From Tricharina praecox (lineage: Eukaryota): 64,000 nt of DNA. The position numbers were made by a program, and so were the translations under genes. The notes under the pieces are model-generated. The model did not search any database and was not told the DNA's origin. It saw nothing but the letters and a program-made list of their open reading frames with translations. The stretch spans positions 1-64,000 of the forward strand of contig NW_026250406.1 in NCBI RefSeq assembly GCF_024521635.1, read 5' to 3'. Below are positions 62,196 through 64,000 of the stretch, piece after piece (positions within the stretch are counted from its first letter, which is position 1; the number at the start of each line of letters is the position of its first letter).

Positions 62196-64000
62196 GGCCA
62201 ACGGGAAGTTTCATGTTGGTCGGTACTGTTACGGATGTTCGGAGTAGGGAGGAGATTTTGATTTATCTGTCCTGTAACTTGTGTAATCGTCGTCATTTTT
62301 AGGCTTTTTTTTGGCTGGTAAATCACCGTGACTGGTCCACAGCATTTCGAACTCTCTCCTCACAACACATGATATTCGGCGGCAATACCTAGCTCCACCG
62401 CCTATTCTCATTTGCACTCGGTCGCGGGATCTGTATTTCTTAGTTTTGGAGGGAGGGCCTGCAAGGAACGCACCTTGCACTCGCTACTGCGTGATACCAG
62501 TCGCCACTCGAAGTGGGCGGGCATGGTATGATACTGAGGAGCTTCGAAGACTCGGTATTCATGGCTGGGAGTATGGTTGTGGGAAAAGGACTTGGGAGGG
62601 CAAAATTGCGGCTGTTCGGGAGCACCTACATTGTCGCGGCGAGTCCGAGCAGAGCTTCCTCCCAGGCCCATTCATCAATCATAACTCGGACTAGATAGCA
62701 TTTGATCCGCTACACACTGCAGTACAGGTACGGTTGGGGCCGCATAGGACTGGTCGGTACCGGGACTTTCACCTCAACTGGCCAGGGCGGGCAGGAAAAG
62801 GAGTTCATTGGTTCGCCATAGTCTAGATAGGCTGCATGCGAAATAAAACAGGATGATCTCTCTCTCTCTCTCTCTCGCAGTACAGGTACGGATCAAATCA
62901 ATAGACGACTCGATGATAGGCTGTTGACCGGAGCATTAACGGCAAAGCCGCGACAAACCTCTTACCACCGGGGCGTATGTAACTGAATGGCCCCTCAATT
63001 CTTAGTCCTTCCACTGTTCTGCAACCGACTGAGTCGAACCACAACTGCGTGCAGAAAAATGCTCAGTAAAGTGAACCATGACACAGCATTGCAGACACCC
63101 ATTGGCTTACTCGGACCTAAAGCACGACGAACTAGGCCTACTTTATGCCTTCCACTCATGCGCTAGCGCTCCTACCACCGTATCCTACTGGGCCTAAGTC
63201 GACTCTAATAACTATCCTACATATAAACATCCGTCTATGCCAGCTGCACCGACAACGGTCAGAACTAATAGAGGGATCAGCTGCCGAGCCAGTCTTCGCG
63301 CATTTGCAACTGCCGCGCACCGTGTCCAAGCGGATCGCGGGGCGAGATCGAACCGCGATCCTCCGCCGCCGCGCAGGCGAGACCTGTTTTCCCTGCTGTG
63401 TGCGAATAACACCCCGTGGGCGGCGGAGCCGACAGTCGTTCGCCATGGCAAAATGCACCCTTCGCCCTCGACAGAGACCAGGAGATCGCCGCGGTGAATG
63501 CCAGGATACGGCGAAGCCCCGTGGCATATGCAGGTCTCTCTGCGCACGCCGAACGCATCGCGATGCAGAAACGAGCGGCGGACGTGAATTCTGGCACTGT
63601 GATGGCGGATACGCCTCAGCTTGGATTGCAGTGCACCAGCCTGGATGGCACTTCCTAGCATGTGACGACGTATTCGCATCAGTTTCGGGCGATGGACGAG
63701 ACCCGGAGCGGCAGTCCGGCAGGCCCCGCTGGCCTCGCCAGCGCTTCATCAAACGTGTAATTCGGGCGATTGGAGTCATATCGAGTCCCTACAACAATCG
63801 GCATAAGAGCGGCTGGACGTGGCTACCTCCCCGGGAGATGATCGGATCATCGGAGGAGAAAATGCTGGACGCATGGCGCCGTCTGGGCTTGATCAGGCGG
63901 GTAGAGATGATTGCGGCCGTGGCTGAAAGCCAAAGGAAGCACAACCCGAAAGCAAGACCCGGAAGCATCGAGGAGTTGTTCATTCCGGATTAGAAGATAC

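Noticed and set aside
63145..63993. 282-aa ORF at the window end
   Set aside because: No recognisable motif, overlapping ORFs of similar quality on both strands, GC-rich; cannot be supported as a gene.

Overview
Eukaryotic, intron-containing DNA from a filamentous ascomycete. GT..CTRAC/CTRAT..YAG introns and the gene families support this; Pezizomycetes is an inference only. The window is a repeat-rich cluster of fungal NLR-like (STAND) genes: two convergent NACHT-WD40 (HET-E/NWD-like) genes that share an almost identical 126-bp WD repeat (one N-terminally fused to a SesB-like alpha/beta hydrolase), a tandem-NACHT-ankyrin gene, and two NLR pseudogenes. It also holds a membrane protein gene, two esterase pseudogenes, a small secreted protein, an AsaB/CmcJ-like oxygenase, hAT-type MITEs and Ty3/gypsy debris. 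Main result: the apparent 69-bp minisatellite at 58.6-61.0 kb reads as a tandem array of 66-nt spliceosomal introns (GTGAGG..CTGAC..CAG), each followed by a variable 3-nt exon. With non-repetitive flanking units it forms a ladder of 49 codon-sized microexons (58386-61897) that splices in frame into the last ankyrin repeat of the NACHT-ANK gene. It is a candidate combinatorial-splicing diversification cassette. Second result: four NLR-like genes share a short motif upstream of NACHT (Y-x-x-[SA]-[KQ]-H-N-[ES]-[FL]...G-x-x-x-[FI]-G-[ND]-T), a candidate amyloid-signalling motif. All splice models are read by eye, without transcript evidence.
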